DNA of 64,000 bases from Halorutilales archaeon Cl-col2-1 (GTDB lineage: Archaea; Halobacteriota; Halobacteria; Halobacteriales; Afararchaeaceae), in contig CP169074.1 of assembly GCA_041891055.1 (NCBI GenBank), positions 1,792,001 to 1,856,000 on the forward strand, written 5' to 3'. The translations under genes and the position numbers were made by a program. Each line of letters starts with the position of its first letter. The stretch's first letter is position 1. Shown here piece by piece: positions 1 to 9,965 of the stretch. The notes beneath the pieces were generated by a model. It was not told the origin of the DNA, did not search any database, and worked only from the letters and a program-made list of their open reading frames with translations.

Positions 1-1
1 T

Positions 2-646
2 ATGCATATAGGGAGCGGAGTCACCCAGCGCGAGCCCTTCGAGAAGGCGGCGGAGAAGATGGGCGAGATAGTCGGAAGGATAGAGGACGCGGGATATAAG
101 ATGGAGTACATAGACGTCGGCGGCGGAATAGGTGTGCCGTACAGACCCGGCGACGACAGACCCGACCTGAGCGGCATAGCCGACGGGATACGTGAAGGAC
201 TCGGAACCGAGTCACGTGACACCGAACTGATAGTCGAGCCGGGACGTTTCTTAGTCGCCGAGTCGACAGTCCTTCTTACGCGGGTCAACACGGTAAAGGA
301 TGGCTTCGTGGGGGTCGATGCGGGCTTCAACACTCTACTCCGTCCCGCGATGTACGACGCCTACCACCATATCACTAACCTGTCACGCGACGCGCCCGAG
401 AGAAAGGTCGATGTCGTAGGTCCGATCTGTGAGACGGGAGACGTCTTAGGGGAGGACAGACGGATCGCCGATCCGAGAGAGGGAGACGTCTTAGCGATCC
501 ACACCGCGGGAGCCTACGGCTTCTCTATGTCTTCACGTTACAACTCACGACGTCTCCCAGCCGAAGTGATGGTCTCGAACGGCGGTCTTGAGCTTATACG
601 TCAACGCGAGACATTCGACGACGTATTCGGGAAGGTCGTCGAGTGA
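2..646 (+). CDS. lysA: Diaminopimelate decarboxylase, 5'-partial
   Basis: Motifs HIGS, DVGGG, EPGR, GPICETGD, GAYGFSMSSRYN. Confidence 0.93.
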   Translation: MHIGSGVTQREPFEKAAEKMGEIVGRIEDAGYKMEYIDVGGGIGVPYRPGDDRPDLSGIADGIREGLGTESRDTELIVEPGRFLVAESTVLLTRVNTVKDGFVGVDAGFNTLLRPAMYDAYHHITNLSRDAPERKVDVVGPICETGDVLGEDRRIADPREGDVLAIHTAGAYGFSMSSRYNSRRLPAEVMVSNGGLELIRQRETFDDVFGKVVE

Positions 647-653
647 AGGACAG

Positions 654-1046
654 TCAACCATGTGCACTGACTGCGTTCTTCCGTGAGATACTGACGTTAA
701 TATCTATGTCGTCGTAGGGCACGACGGGCTTCTTAGCACGTCCTTCCTCACGTAGCTCAACTACACCGTACTCTTCGAGAGTATGTACGTCGTCATGTAC
801 CTCGCTGGGATTACGACCGAGTACCTCGGCTAACTCACGTATGCTTCCGACATCCACAGTCATCAACGTCTGTATGAGCTCTAACCGCTTCGGCGTTAGT
901 AGACGCTGTACGTCAGAAGGTTCTACAAAGATTATACTTGTCTCTGTAACTTCCTCTCCATCGTCGAACTTCCTCGCCTTTTCGAGTGCTTTCTCCTTTG
1001 CGTCTTCCCAAGTCTGTGTTTGTATTTTTAGCGTCTTCTCAGTCAT
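654..1046 (-). CDS. HTH DNA-binding protein, putative antitoxin
   Basis: LLTPKRLELI...SIRELAEVLGRN..VHDDV..LEEYG winged HTH; start reassigned to ATG at 1046, just after the partner gene. Confidence 0.75.
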   Translation of the reverse strand: MTEKTLKIQTQTWEDAKEKALEKARKFDDGEEVTETSIIFVEPSDVQRLLTPKRLELIQTLMTVDVGSIRELAEVLGRNPSEVHDDVHTLEEYGVVELREEGRAKKPVVPYDDIDINVSISRKNAVSAHG

Positions 1047-1048
1047 GG

Positions 1049-1351
1049 TTACACCTCCGTGTCGTCTCGGCTCCTGATCTCTTCGACCTCCTCGAAGAAC
1101 CTCTCCAGATGTTCCTCCACCGATCCCGACCACTCTATGATTTCGGGATCGTTGAGGTCGGCGTAGTGTCGCTCGTGGACTCCGTGACTGTTGTCGTATC
1201 TCAGTATCCTCGTACCGTCGTGTACGTACTGAAAGCCGTACTTCACCCCTCTCGGAAATCTGTCGCTTTTGGGCACCGAGGTGAACCGGTACTCGACAAA
1301 TCCGTCGGGGAATTCGATACGGTTAGGAGTTTCTTCTTCATCTATCTCCAT
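1049..1351 (-). CDS. DUF6516/TumE-like putative toxin
   Basis: FPRGVKY...ILRYDNSHG.HERH motif. Confidence 0.7.
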   Translation of the reverse strand: MEIDEEETPNRIEFPDGFVEYRFTSVPKSDRFPRGVKYGFQYVHDGTRILRYDNSHGVHERHYADLNDPEIIEWSGSVEEHLERFFEEVEEIRSRDDTEV

Positions 1352-1363
1352 CTGACGACACCA

Positions 1364-1428
1364 TTAGGGTCACAGGCTAACAAAGAACCCGTGTCTGGAT
1401 AAGTGTTAGGGTGGGAACCTAACAAAGA
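1364..1428. promoter_or_regulatory. Duplicated operator-like box TTAG-N9-CTAACAAAGA
   Basis: ttagggtcacaggctaacaaaga (1364-1386) and ttagggtgggaacctaacaaaga (1406-1428), upstream of the TA pair. Confidence 0.5.
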
Positions 1429-1499
1429 CGACGCCCGGTCTGGTAAGAGTCTGAAACCTCCCCATACTTTTATATGGGATTCCTCCGTATGGCACAGAT

Positions 1500-1919
1500 A
1501 TGGCACAAAAGAACAGGAACGGGGCGGACGACGCCGTCTCGCCGGTTATCGGTGTGATACTGATGGTAGCTATCACCGTGATACTCGCGGCGGTCATCGG
1601 AACGTTCGTCCTCGGACTCGGTGGACAGGTACAGCAGAACGCTCAGGCAGGAGTGACGTTTGAGCAAGGTGAGGACTCTGTAGATATAACTCTATCATCA
1701 CTACAAAGGGCAGATAATATATATATAATATCACCAAAGGATGGAGAGGGATCTCAGACTTGTGATACGGGATGGGATAGCCAAAGCAATGTGGGCAGCA
1801 CTTACACTGTGCCTGATGATTGTGAAACCACATTCACATTAGCATCAAGTGGGCAAATTAGAGTTGTTGGGGAATATCAGGGATCAAGAAATACTATCCA
1901 GACATATGAGATAAGCTAA
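1500..1919 (+). CDS. pilA: Archaeal type IV pilin
   Basis: [25 protein letters not shown] class III signal and H-domain. Confidence 0.92.
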   Translation: MAQKNRNGADDAVSPVIGVILMVAITVILAAVIGTFVLGLGGQVQQNAQAGVTFEQGEDSVDITLSSLQRADNIYIISPKDGEGSQTCDTGWDSQSNVGSTYTVPDDCETTFTLASSGQIRVVGEYQGSRNTIQTYEIS

Positions 1920-1921
1920 TT

Positions 1922-2353
1922 ATGATACATGAAAAACACACCGAAGAAGATGCTGTATCGCCTGTAATAGGTGTTATATTAATGGTAGCTATCACCGTGA
2001 TACTCGCGGCGGTCATCGGAACGTTCGTCCTCGGACTCGGTGGACAGGTGCAGCAGAACGCGCAGGCGGGAGTGTCGTTTGAGCAAACAGATGATACAAC
2101 AGTGTCAACAGACTGTACTGCTGCTACTTGTGTCAAAATAACCTTAAACTCTTTACAAAGAGCAGATAGTATTCGCATAGAAGGAGACGGAACTGTTCAA
2201 AATAACCCATGGAGTGAAAGTAATGATGGTGTTACTCAGAGTGAAGTAGGAACAACGGCATGGGTAGATGGGCTTTCATCAGATAATCAAATAACTATAG
2301 TCGGTGAGTACCAAGGCAGTTCCAACACTATACAGACGTACACAGTCAAGTAA
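1922..2353 (+). CDS. pilA: Archaeal type IV pilin, tandem paralog
   Basis: Identical H-domain; divergent C-terminal region. Confidence 0.92.
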   Translation: MIHEKHTEEDAVSPVIGVILMVAITVILAAVIGTFVLGLGGQVQQNAQAGVSFEQTDDTTVSTDCTAATCVKITLNSLQRADSIRIEGDGTVQNNPWSESNDGVTQSEVGTTAWVDGLSSDNQITIVGEYQGSSNTIQTYTVK

Positions 2354-2583
2354 ACTACTCGATAAAATTTTTGTTTTGAAGCGCATCCAACATAAAAACT
2401 GACTATGTTTGAAATTAGAATAGGGGAGTGGAGATGAACAACTCTGGATGACGGGGCTCAACTTAGCATTCTAACACTGATACGTCCACTAAACCATTCT
2501 TCCCAACAAAGGAACGTATCAGAAGGTCGTCGTAGAAAAATTTCTTCTCGACGAGACGTAAGATCCCGAGAGCTTCGAGTCAG

Positions 2584-2619
2584 TAACATATAATAACACA
2601 AGATAACATACTATAACAC
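2584..2619 (+). promoter_or_regulatory. Direct-repeat operator candidate
   Basis: taacatataataacac-aaga-taacatactataacac directly upstream of the HTH gene. Confidence 0.45.
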
Positions 2620-2624
2620 GGATA

Positions 2625-2987
2625 ATGCCGATAGGGATAGACGAGTTCGAACACGCGCCCGAGAAGGCACTCGGCATCGACAGAGACACCAACCAGTGGC
2701 AGGTTGTCGAGTTTCTTCTGGAGAACCGTGACAAGGCTTTCACTCCGAAGGAGATCGAGAGCGAAGTCGGTATACCCCAAGGTAGCGCGGGTGTGATACT
2801 CTCGCGCCTCGAAGAGAAGGGGATAGTTAGACACAAGGGTAAGTACTGGGCTGTAGAACGCGACGACAGGCTCGCGGGTATCACGTCGATGGTTGCGAGC
2901 ACCCGGTCGGCTAACGAAACTTTAGGAGAGGAGGAGATAGACGAATGGACAGAACACGCAGAAGAGGACGTAAAGGATGGTCTTTAG
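2625..2987 (+). CDS. MarR-like winged-helix protein, putative antitoxin
   Basis: AFTPKEI...GSAGVILSRLEEKGIVRHKGKYW. Confidence 0.75.
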   Translation: MPIGIDEFEHAPEKALGIDRDTNQWQVVEFLLENRDKAFTPKEIESEVGIPQGSAGVILSRLEEKGIVRHKGKYWAVERDDRLAGITSMVASTRSANETLGEEEIDEWTEHAEEDVKDGL

Positions 2988-3018
2988 TCGAGGCGACGTC
3001 GTCTGGGCTCCCGACTTC
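2977..3018 (+). pseudogene. N-terminal stub of a PemK/MazF-like toxin
   Basis: MVFSRGDVVWAPDF overlaps the HTH gene end, then runs into the convergent vapC. Confidence 0.55.
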
Positions 3019-3435
3019 TTAATAGCTCGGCTCTAGTCTCTCGACTATCCCGTCGAAGTCGGTGTCGAAGCTCAGAACCCTGTCAATACTTCTCTCGCGC
3101 ATCACGGCGACAGTGACAGCGTCGGTGAAAGACAGATCTTGATCCGAGTACTTCTCGAAGATCTCGACGCCTTGCTCGAAGTCGTTCTTCGAAACGTGTT
3201 CCAGACTTATCCAGTCTCGGTTGAGAATCCTGTCCGAGATCTCCATCGACTCCGAGAACTCTCCGGTTCGTCTGAGTGCGAGAGTAACGGCTTCGTCATA
3301 GACGTAATCAGTCGTGTAGGGCTCTCCGTACTTTCCTTTCAGGACTGTCGTAAGAGATTCCTTGGCTGGTCTGTGACGACTCGAAGACCGGTTCTGGTGA
3401 GCGTAGAACACACCCGTGTCTATCAGAACCGACAT
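3019..3435 (-). CDS. vapC: VapC/PIN-domain toxin
   Basis: VLIDTG...YVYDE...LSFTDA...SFDTDF; start reassigned. Confidence 0.9.
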   Translation of the reverse strand: MSVLIDTGVFYAHQNRSSSRHRPAKESLTTVLKGKYGEPYTTDYVYDEAVTLALRRTGEFSESMEISDRILNRDWISLEHVSKNDFEQGVEIFEKYSDQDLSFTDAVTVAVMRERSIDRVLSFDTDFDGIVERLEPSY

Positions 3436-3436
3436 A

Positions 3437-3718
3437 CTATCCGTAGAGTACTTCGTCGATCTCGTCCTCGCCGAGATCCTCATCCCAGTCGGAGATTCCC
3501 TCGTGGAAGTCGTCTATCTCGTCGTCGCTGAGAGGCACGGATAACTCCTTGAATGACTCTATTATCTCGTCTTCGGTCGACATAGCGTGGCTGACTACCT
3601 TCTCAAGTACCTCTTCCTGTGTGACTTTCTTGCCAGTCTCTATCTTTATTCTAGCTTGTAACTCCTCTATCCTTGATTTTGTTCCCTCGTCTATCTTCAC
3701 CGATGTGCTCATGTTCAT
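3437..3718 (-). CDS. Antitoxin, VapB-like
   Basis: TSVKIDEGTKSRIEEL; acidic tail DEIDEVLYG; directly upstream of vapC. Confidence 0.75.
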   Translation of the reverse strand: MNMSTSVKIDEGTKSRIEELQARIKIETGKKVTQEEVLEKVVSHAMSTEDEIIESFKELSVPLSDDEIDDFHEGISDWDEDLGEDEIDEVLYG

Positions 3719-3818
3719 CGTAGAGGATTCTTCTGTATAAACTCTTCCACGCTTGAATACGACAAAGTCACCGGAATAGTCTCCCACTCACCTCGCCGAC
3801 GAAGAAATAACACGACGA

Positions 3819-4670
3819 CTAAACCAACTTCTCGTAGACGGACACGGCGTCTGAGACCTCGTATCCCGCTGACTCAAGCGAGTTGACGTAGTCGGGGTCG
3901 TCGGGAACGAACGCGAGGACGTCGTCGGCGTCCTCGACACGTGCCTCCGTCCTCATCTGTAGACCGAGGTCGGTTATGTACCGTGTCTTCGCCCACGCAA
4001 ACCCCATCACGAGTTCGTCGCGGTCGTCCTCCTCTGTCGTGTTGACACGGACTCCCGTCGGAAGACACGCTCCGACCGTCTCGCCGTCCTCGTCGCGGAG
4101 GTAGAGAGGGTCGAAGTCGACGTCTTCGAGGCTTCCGTTTCCGAGACTCGCCGCCCGCCAGTCACATACGTAGAGACCACCCATCTCCTCGTGGGCTTCG
4201 GTTCCCTCGACGACGTCGGCGAACTCCTCGTTCTCGTCTCTCTCCAGCCTCGTCGAGTAAGGGAATCCGAAGGCTCTCGCGTGTCTCAGAGACGCGACGT
4301 GTCCGAAGCCGAGATCGTCGAAGAGATCCTGTCCGACGCCGTTCGACCTGAAGACCATACACCGGATGACCTGTCTTCCTCCTTCGCGTGCCCTCTCCTC
4401 GGCTGCCTCAATGAGACGTGTCGCCACACCCTCGCGCCTGTAGTCGGGATCGACCCGTAGCCCCTCTATCCAAGCCTCGTCCTCCGAGACCCCGACGAGA
4501 TGTATCACACCGACGACTGTGCCCTCGACGTCTCCTACGAGTAGGTCGCCTTCTTCGATCCAGTCTTCCCAGACCTCGGGTATGTAGTCCCAGCCGTCCC
4601 AGGTCTCCGAGGCGAATCCGAGTACGTCTTCGCGATCCTCGGGACGAGCGTCTCTGATCCCTATCTCCAT
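3819..4670 (-). CDS. GNAT N-acetyltransferase
   Basis: IEGLRVDPDYRREGVA motif A. Confidence 0.85.
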   Translation of the reverse strand: MEIGIRDARPEDREDVLGFASETWDGWDYIPEVWEDWIEEGDLLVGDVEGTVVGVIHLVGVSEDEAWIEGLRVDPDYRREGVATRLIEAAEERAREGGRQVIRCMVFRSNGVGQDLFDDLGFGHVASLRHARAFGFPYSTRLERDENEEFADVVEGTEAHEEMGGLYVCDWRAASLGNGSLEDVDFDPLYLRDEDGETVGACLPTGVRVNTTEEDDRDELVMGFAWAKTRYITDLGLQMRTEARVEDADDVLAFVPDDPDYVNSLESAGYEVSDAVSVYEKLV

Positions 4671-5926
4671 GGACGTGATGTCTCGGTGATCTCTCCCGCG
4701 AGGCTCTCCTCCATCGCAGACTCGGGGTCGTCTGTGTTAGCCAGAACCCACATCAGCTTGACGTATGCCGTCTCGGGGAGACTGTCGCCCGCCTCGACGA
4801 CTCCCGCGTCCAAGAGGTCGCGTCCCGTGTCGTAGACCCTGTCACAGACACGTCCCTCGATACACTGTGACGTCATAACGAAGACGGGGTCGAGTCCGTC
4901 GATCTTCTCCGCCCAGTCCGACTTGACGTGTCCGAGTCCTGTTCCCTCAAGAACCACACCGTCCTTCTCGGAGTAGAAGTCGAGTATCTCGCCGTCGCTT
5001 CCTGGCGTGTACTTCACGAGTTCGACGTCGGTGTTGAGGTCGTCCTCAAGCCGGAGTTCGTTCTCACCTCTCTCGTCGTACTCCCTCCTCGTGGTTATCT
5101 CACGCGTCTCGTACTCTATTTCGCCGAGCGGCTTTCTCCCGACTGTCTCGAAGGCGTCACGTCGGCTCGTGTGGTTCTTCCTGACCCTCGTCGCCCTGTG
5201 GAGAGCGCATCTGTGGTCGCTCTCGTCGGCGTGCATACAGACGAGAACCTCCGCTATGTCCGACTTCGCCGCCTCGACTGCACAGACTGCGTTGACGACG
5301 TTGTCACTCGAAGGACGGTCAGCCGACCTCTGTGACCCCACGAAGACGACCGGAACCGGGGTGTCGAGCATGAACGCGAGCGCGCTTGCGGTGTGCTGCA
5401 TCGTGTCTGTGCCGTGCATAACCACGACGCCGTCGGCACCCGACTCTATCTCGTCCCTGACAGCACGCGCTAGCTCCTGCCAGTGTTCGGGAGTCATGTT
5501 CTCGCTGAGTATGTTCGAGACGACACTTCCCCTGTAGTTGGCGAGTCCCGCGAGGTCAGGGACGGCTCTCAGGACGTCCTCAGCGTCGAACTGTGCCGTG
5601 ACGGCTCCGGTGCGGTAGTCGACGGTCGAGGCTATCGTACCTCCCGTAGATATTAATGAGACTGTGGGCAGGTCGTCCTCGAATACGACCTCCGTCTCTT
5701 CTTCGTCCTCCGACTTCGACTTCTCTGTCTCTGACTTCTGGCTGACCTCCTCACCCTCGTCTATGACCTCGATCTCCGCATTCTCGCGGTCTATTCCGAC
5801 GTTGTAGCCTCCTTCGATCTTAACCACGAGATGTTCGTCGTCCGACGACGGCAGGAGTATACCCTCGAACTCCTCGCCCTCGCTCTCTACTCTGACCGTG
5901 TCTCCTTCCTTAGCCTTAGCTGTCAT
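4661..5926 (-). CDS. gatD: Glu-tRNA(Gln) amidotransferase subunit D
   Basis: STGGTIAS, HGTDT, GSQRSADRPSSD, KNHTSRRDAF. Confidence 0.96.
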   Translation of the reverse strand: MTAKAKEGDTVRVESEGEEFEGILLPSSDDEHLVVKIEGGYNVGIDRENAEIEVIDEGEEVSQKSETEKSKSEDEEETEVVFEDDLPTVSLISTGGTIASTVDYRTGAVTAQFDAEDVLRAVPDLAGLANYRGSVVSNILSENMTPEHWQELARAVRDEIESGADGVVVMHGTDTMQHTASALAFMLDTPVPVVFVGSQRSADRPSSDNVVNAVCAVEAAKSDIAEVLVCMHADESDHRCALHRATRVRKNHTSRRDAFETVGRKPLGEIEYETREITTRREYDERGENELRLEDDLNTDVELVKYTPGSDGEILDFYSEKDGVVLEGTGLGHVKSDWAEKIDGLDPVFVMTSQCIEGRVCDRVYDTGRDLLDAGVVEAGDSLPETAYVKLMWVLANTDDPESAMEESLAGEITETSRPWR

Positions 5927-7382
5927 TTTTTATCTCCTCGGCTGCGTCTGAGAGGTTTTCTCTGGATGTCTGGAGGTCTTCCTCTGTCTTATTCAATCTG
6001 TCCAAGTCGGAGTCTACAGACCCGCGGAACTCCTCTACCGCGGTCTCTATCTCGCCCGGACCGCCGTACGAGTCACGTGTCTCGACGTTCTTACGCGGGT
6101 CGAGTGCCTCACGTATCTTCTCGTCGTCTACACCGAGTCTCTCTCCCGTAATCTCACGTCCGACCTCCTCGACATCCTCTCCACTCACGTCACCGTCACC
6201 GTACTCCGCGGCTACCTCTCCGACTATGTGGTGTGCGGTACGGAAAGCCATCCCCGTCTCACGAACCAGAAGATCGGCGAGCTCAGTCGCTCCCGTGAAT
6301 CCCTCTCGTGTACTCTCCTCGGCGCGGTCGCGGTCGAACTCGGCGGTCTCTACGGCTCCCGCGATCACCTCTACGCTCTCACGTGTCGTCTCGAACGCCT
6401 CCCAGAGATGCTTGGTCGCCTCCTGGAGGTCACGGTTGTACGCCATCGGGAGTCCCTTGGTTATAGACAGAAGCGAGTCGAGCGCGCCGTGTACCGTTCC
6501 CGTCTTGCCCCTCGCTAGCTCCGCAGTGTCGGGGTTCTTCTTCTGTGGCATTATACTCGAACTACTCGCGTACCTGTCGTCCAACTCGACGAATCCGAAC
6601 TCCGACGAGCTCCAGAGGAAGATATCCTCACAGAGACGTGACAGGTTCGTAGCCGCGTTCGAGGCTGCGCTCGCCGACTCGACCGCGAAGTCACGTGATG
6701 CGACCCCGTCCATCGAGTTACGTGTCGGCGAGTCGAATCCGAGAAGCTCTGTCGTTCTGTGTCTGTCTATCCCGAATCCCGTCCCCGCGAAGGCGGCACT
6801 TCCGAGAGGATTCCGGTTGACCCTTCGGTATACGTCGAGGAGGCGGTCGACGTCCCTCTCGAAAGCCGCGGCGTGGGCGAGGAGATGGTGTCCGACCGTC
6901 GTGGGCTGTGCACGCTGGAGATGTGTGTAACCCGAGACGAGCCAGTCTGAGGTCTCCTCGGCGCGGTCGACGAGAGACTCACGGAGACCGATGAGCGAAG
7001 ACGCAAGACGGAGTATCTCTTCTCTCAGGCGGAGACGGATACACGTCGCGACCTCGTCGTTGCGCGAACGTGCGGTATGGAGACGTCCACCGACGTCCTC
7101 TCCGACTCTGTCTATCACGGCTTCCTCTATCGCGGGATGTACGTCCTCGTGTCCCTCGGGGAGAGCGTCGAACCCCTCTTTTTCGACCTCGTCGAGTGCA
7201 CCGAGTATCGAAGCCGCGTCGTCCTCGTCGAGTATTCCCTGTTCGGCGAGCATCACCACGTGGGCGCGTCCTACGTCTATGTCTGCCTCGAATATCCAGT
7301 CGTCGGAGTCGAAAGACGACAGGAACCGTGTCACGTCCTCGTCAGTCGCAGACAGACGTCCTCGTCTGACTAGATCGGTCAT
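5916..7382 (-). CDS. argH: Argininosuccinate lyase
   Basis: HTARSRND, YTHLQRAQP, SSIMPQKKNPD; start reassigned to MTDLV. Confidence 0.96.
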   Translation of the reverse strand: MTDLVRRGRLSATDEDVTRFLSSFDSDDWIFEADIDVGRAHVVMLAEQGILDEDDAASILGALDEVEKEGFDALPEGHEDVHPAIEEAVIDRVGEDVGGRLHTARSRNDEVATCIRLRLREEILRLASSLIGLRESLVDRAEETSDWLVSGYTHLQRAQPTTVGHHLLAHAAAFERDVDRLLDVYRRVNRNPLGSAAFAGTGFGIDRHRTTELLGFDSPTRNSMDGVASRDFAVESASAASNAATNLSRLCEDIFLWSSSEFGFVELDDRYASSSSIMPQKKNPDTAELARGKTGTVHGALDSLLSITKGLPMAYNRDLQEATKHLWEAFETTRESVEVIAGAVETAEFDRDRAEESTREGFTGATELADLLVRETGMAFRTAHHIVGEVAAEYGDGDVSGEDVEEVGREITGERLGVDDEKIREALDPRKNVETRDSYGGPGEIETAVEEFRGSVDSDLDRLNKTEEDLQTSRENLSDAAEEIKNDS

Positions 7383-7510
7383 ATCCTGAGTACTTCGTCC
7401 AACCACTTGACTTTCGCCTTTCCATAAACCTCCGATCTGTGTTACAGTCAACCGAAGACTGACGTATTTCCGAAGGAGATAAGCAGCACAACTGGTTAGG
7501 TAATGCCGTA

Positions 7511-7583
7511 AGTCCCGTGGTGTAGCGGCCAATCATATGGGCCTTTGGAGCCCATGACGGCGGTTCGAATCCGCCCGGGACTA
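7511..7583 (+). tRNA. tRNA-Gln(TTG)
   Basis: Cloverleaf: acceptor agtcccg/cgggact, anticodon loop CTTTGGA, T arm GGTTCGAATCC. Confidence 0.96.
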
Positions 7584-7831
7584 TCCCCTCTTGCGATTAA
7601 CATCTGGTAAAATCTCTGAAATTAAAGATGTCTTTATCGTCCCTATAATCCCATAGACCCGGTTCCGAGAGGGATTGATAAGGGAATATATCGTCGCTGT
7701 CTGCTAGTATTCTCTTTCTACAGAGTGAAATCAAAGACATCTAACAACCCATTTACTCGGTTAGACTATAGTTTTTCCTAAATATATAAGCGGTCACAAA
7801 ACATATCTTACCGTAGCTGATATACTCAGAC

Positions 7832-8338
7832 ATGCCAGAGGAATCTCTGACGGAAGAATGGCAGAAGTCGTTGGAGGAGCGTTCTGCACGTGAGAGGGTC
7901 TATGACGTAGCTCTACAGCTACACGAGCCTACTAAGGTGTCAGACGTAGCCGAACGGGCAGAAGTCTCGAAAGAGACAGCCAGAAACTACCTTACTTGGT
8001 TCACAGAGATAGGAATACTAACTCAGGACAGCCGAAGTCCAGACACATTCAGCCGTAACGACTCTTATTTCGAGTGGAAACGCATCAACGAGCTTCGGAG
8101 CCTCCCGAAAGACGAACTCACTTCTCGTCTAGAAGAGCTCACTCAGAAAGAGACTGAATACAGAAACAAATACGAGGAAGAGAGTCCTAGCGAAGTCGAA
8201 GCACTCGACTATGCGGATTACGACGAAGTCGAGGAAGTCTGGCTCGAACTCGACGAGTGGGAGACCGTCAGACGTAGAATCAGAGAGTTAGAGAAGGCGA
8301 GAAACAGAAGCGAACCACGGGACGGAGTCAGTGCGTAG
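7832..8338 (+). CDS. HTH protein, antitoxin-like
   Basis: TKVSDVAERAEVSKETARNYL HTH. Confidence 0.75.
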   Translation: MPEESLTEEWQKSLEERSARERVYDVALQLHEPTKVSDVAERAEVSKETARNYLTWFTEIGILTQDSRSPDTFSRNDSYFEWKRINELRSLPKDELTSRLEELTQKETEYRNKYEEESPSEVEALDYADYDEVEEVWLELDEWETVRRRIRELEKARNRSEPRDGVSA

Positions 8339-8750
8339 GAAAGAAAAGATGTCGAAGACAGTCAACGAGTCACTCCTTCGAAGTACTGCGAACAGACTTG
8401 AGAAGGTAGACAGATTCGAGAAAGTAGTACTCTTTCCGGTCGATTACCCCGAGTCTGTGATTGTCGAGACTGACCTCGTGTACTACCCAGAGGATGTCGA
8501 CCGTGCTTTTCTGGACATCCGGACGTACCTAAACGGAGACTTCCACATCTCGTATATTGAGGAGCGGGAGTTAGACAGATGGAGATGTCGTTGGGATCGA
8601 CATGAGAATAACCATAACTCCAGAGACCACTTCCATCCTCCGCCCGACGCTCCTACTCAGGGGGAAGACAGAGAATACCCCGACGACTTCTTCGACGTTT
8701 TAGGAATAGTCCTCGAATACGTCGAGTCTAGGCTGGGCGAGGTATGGTAG
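8331..8750 (+). CDS. Putative toxin partner with RWDRH..HNSRDHFHPP motif
   Basis: His-rich motif; overlaps the upstream HTH gene. Confidence 0.6.
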   Translation: MRRKEKMSKTVNESLLRSTANRLEKVDRFEKVVLFPVDYPESVIVETDLVYYPEDVDRAFLDIRTYLNGDFHISYIEERELDRWRCRWDRHENNHNSRDHFHPPPDAPTQGEDREYPDDFFDVLGIVLEYVESRLGEVW

Positions 8751-8802
8751 ACTCGAGTATGTGGGCTAGCTCAAGGACACACTCTTAGATATTAGCAGTT
8801 GC

Positions 8803-8896
8803 TAAGCCCTCGCCCTCAAGGGGTGTTCAAAAATTTGAGTCCTCAAGTCATAGAGTTTGGGACGAAGGAAGTGTGCAGGTGTGTGGCGTAGTTCAC
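8803..8896 (+). mobile_element. Degenerate IS200/IS605 right-end remnant
   Basis: aagccctcgccctcaagggg...gtagttcac resembles the right end at 33203; contains a decayed hairpin unit at 8824-8862. Confidence 0.5.
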
Positions 8897-9963
8897 GGGC
8901 TTTCTCTCAGATGTAACACAATATCGTTTCCTCTTTCTTCACCCTTCTTTTTGAATTCAACAACTCCTTCACATGACTCTGTTATCCATTTAACGAGCCA
9001 GAGCCCTAGCCCACTTCCGTGCCTGAGTTCATCTGTGTATGAGTCCCCTGTAATCGTCTCTTTTTCCTGTTCGGGGATAATGGGCGCGTTATCGATTACA
9101 TGCAGTTCTATCCAGTTACTACCTTTTGAGCAACAGTCTGTCTTCAACATAACTTCCGGATCGGCTAAATCATTATGCTCAATTGAGTTTTCAACTAGAC
9201 TTTTGATTGCCATATTCACGGCGGGATCGGCTTTAACGCAGACGGGTTCGTCAACAGAGATTTCTATACTCGCTTTCGGATAGAGTTCCGTATACTCGTC
9301 ACGTATGTCCTTAACTATCTCAGCTATATCAACCGGTCTGTTCTCAAAATCTTTCTCTAAAGCACGTTTGATACGGTCTGATTCACGACTGATATGAGAG
9401 AGATATTCAGTCCTTTCGTTGATACTTTGTATGCTTTCAAGGATTTCTTCGTCATCTGAAACGGATTCTATCTTATCGGCGAAACCGGATATTACAGTAA
9501 TGCTGTTTCTAAGGTTATGCCGCAGAATCCTGTGAAGAACCATTAGACGGCTCTCTTTCTGCTTATATGAGTGTATATCTAGATATACTGCAAATCCTCT
9601 TTTATCCTCGCCATCTCCATAAGGTATACCCATATAAACAAACTTCCGTATACCATTAGCAGTCTCACGCTCAACTATTGCGTTATTAACCTTCCCTTCC
9701 TCTGTTCTCTTGTCAAATTTATTTGCCTCCTCTGATAGAAAGTTAGGAACTATTATGTCGTTGATGGACTTATTGAGGACTTCGTCTTTCTCATATCCAA
9801 ATGTTTCAGTAAAAGCAGTATTTACGTCTCTAATCACCGGACGAGAGTTTACTATCTTAAAATCAATAACTGGAGACTGAAACCTATTAAAAAGAGGTCT
9901 GTATTTACCTCTGGAGCTCCAATCAGAGGACTGACCATCTTTTTCAGATCTACCTTTTTCCAT
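8893..9963 (-). CDS. PAS-domain sensor histidine kinase
   Basis: LRHNLRN H-box, ENSIEH N-box, HGSGLGLWLV. Confidence 0.9.
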   Translation of the reverse strand: MEKGRSEKDGQSSDWSSRGKYRPLFNRFQSPVIDFKIVNSRPVIRDVNTAFTETFGYEKDEVLNKSINDIIVPNFLSEEANKFDKRTEEGKVNNAIVERETANGIRKFVYMGIPYGDGEDKRGFAVYLDIHSYKQKESRLMVLHRILRHNLRNSITVISGFADKIESVSDDEEILESIQSINERTEYLSHISRESDRIKRALEKDFENRPVDIAEIVKDIRDEYTELYPKASIEISVDEPVCVKADPAVNMAIKSLVENSIEHNDLADPEVMLKTDCCSKGSNWIELHVIDNAPIIPEQEKETITGDSYTDELRHGSGLGLWLVKWITESCEGVVEFKKKGEERGNDIVLHLRESP

Positions 9964-9965
9964 GT

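Noticed and set aside
6226-6930. Long antisense ORFs (also 22951-23616, 33889-34536, 37973-38620)
   Set aside because: Shadow frames of high-GC genes with Ser/Arg-rich, non-acidic composition.
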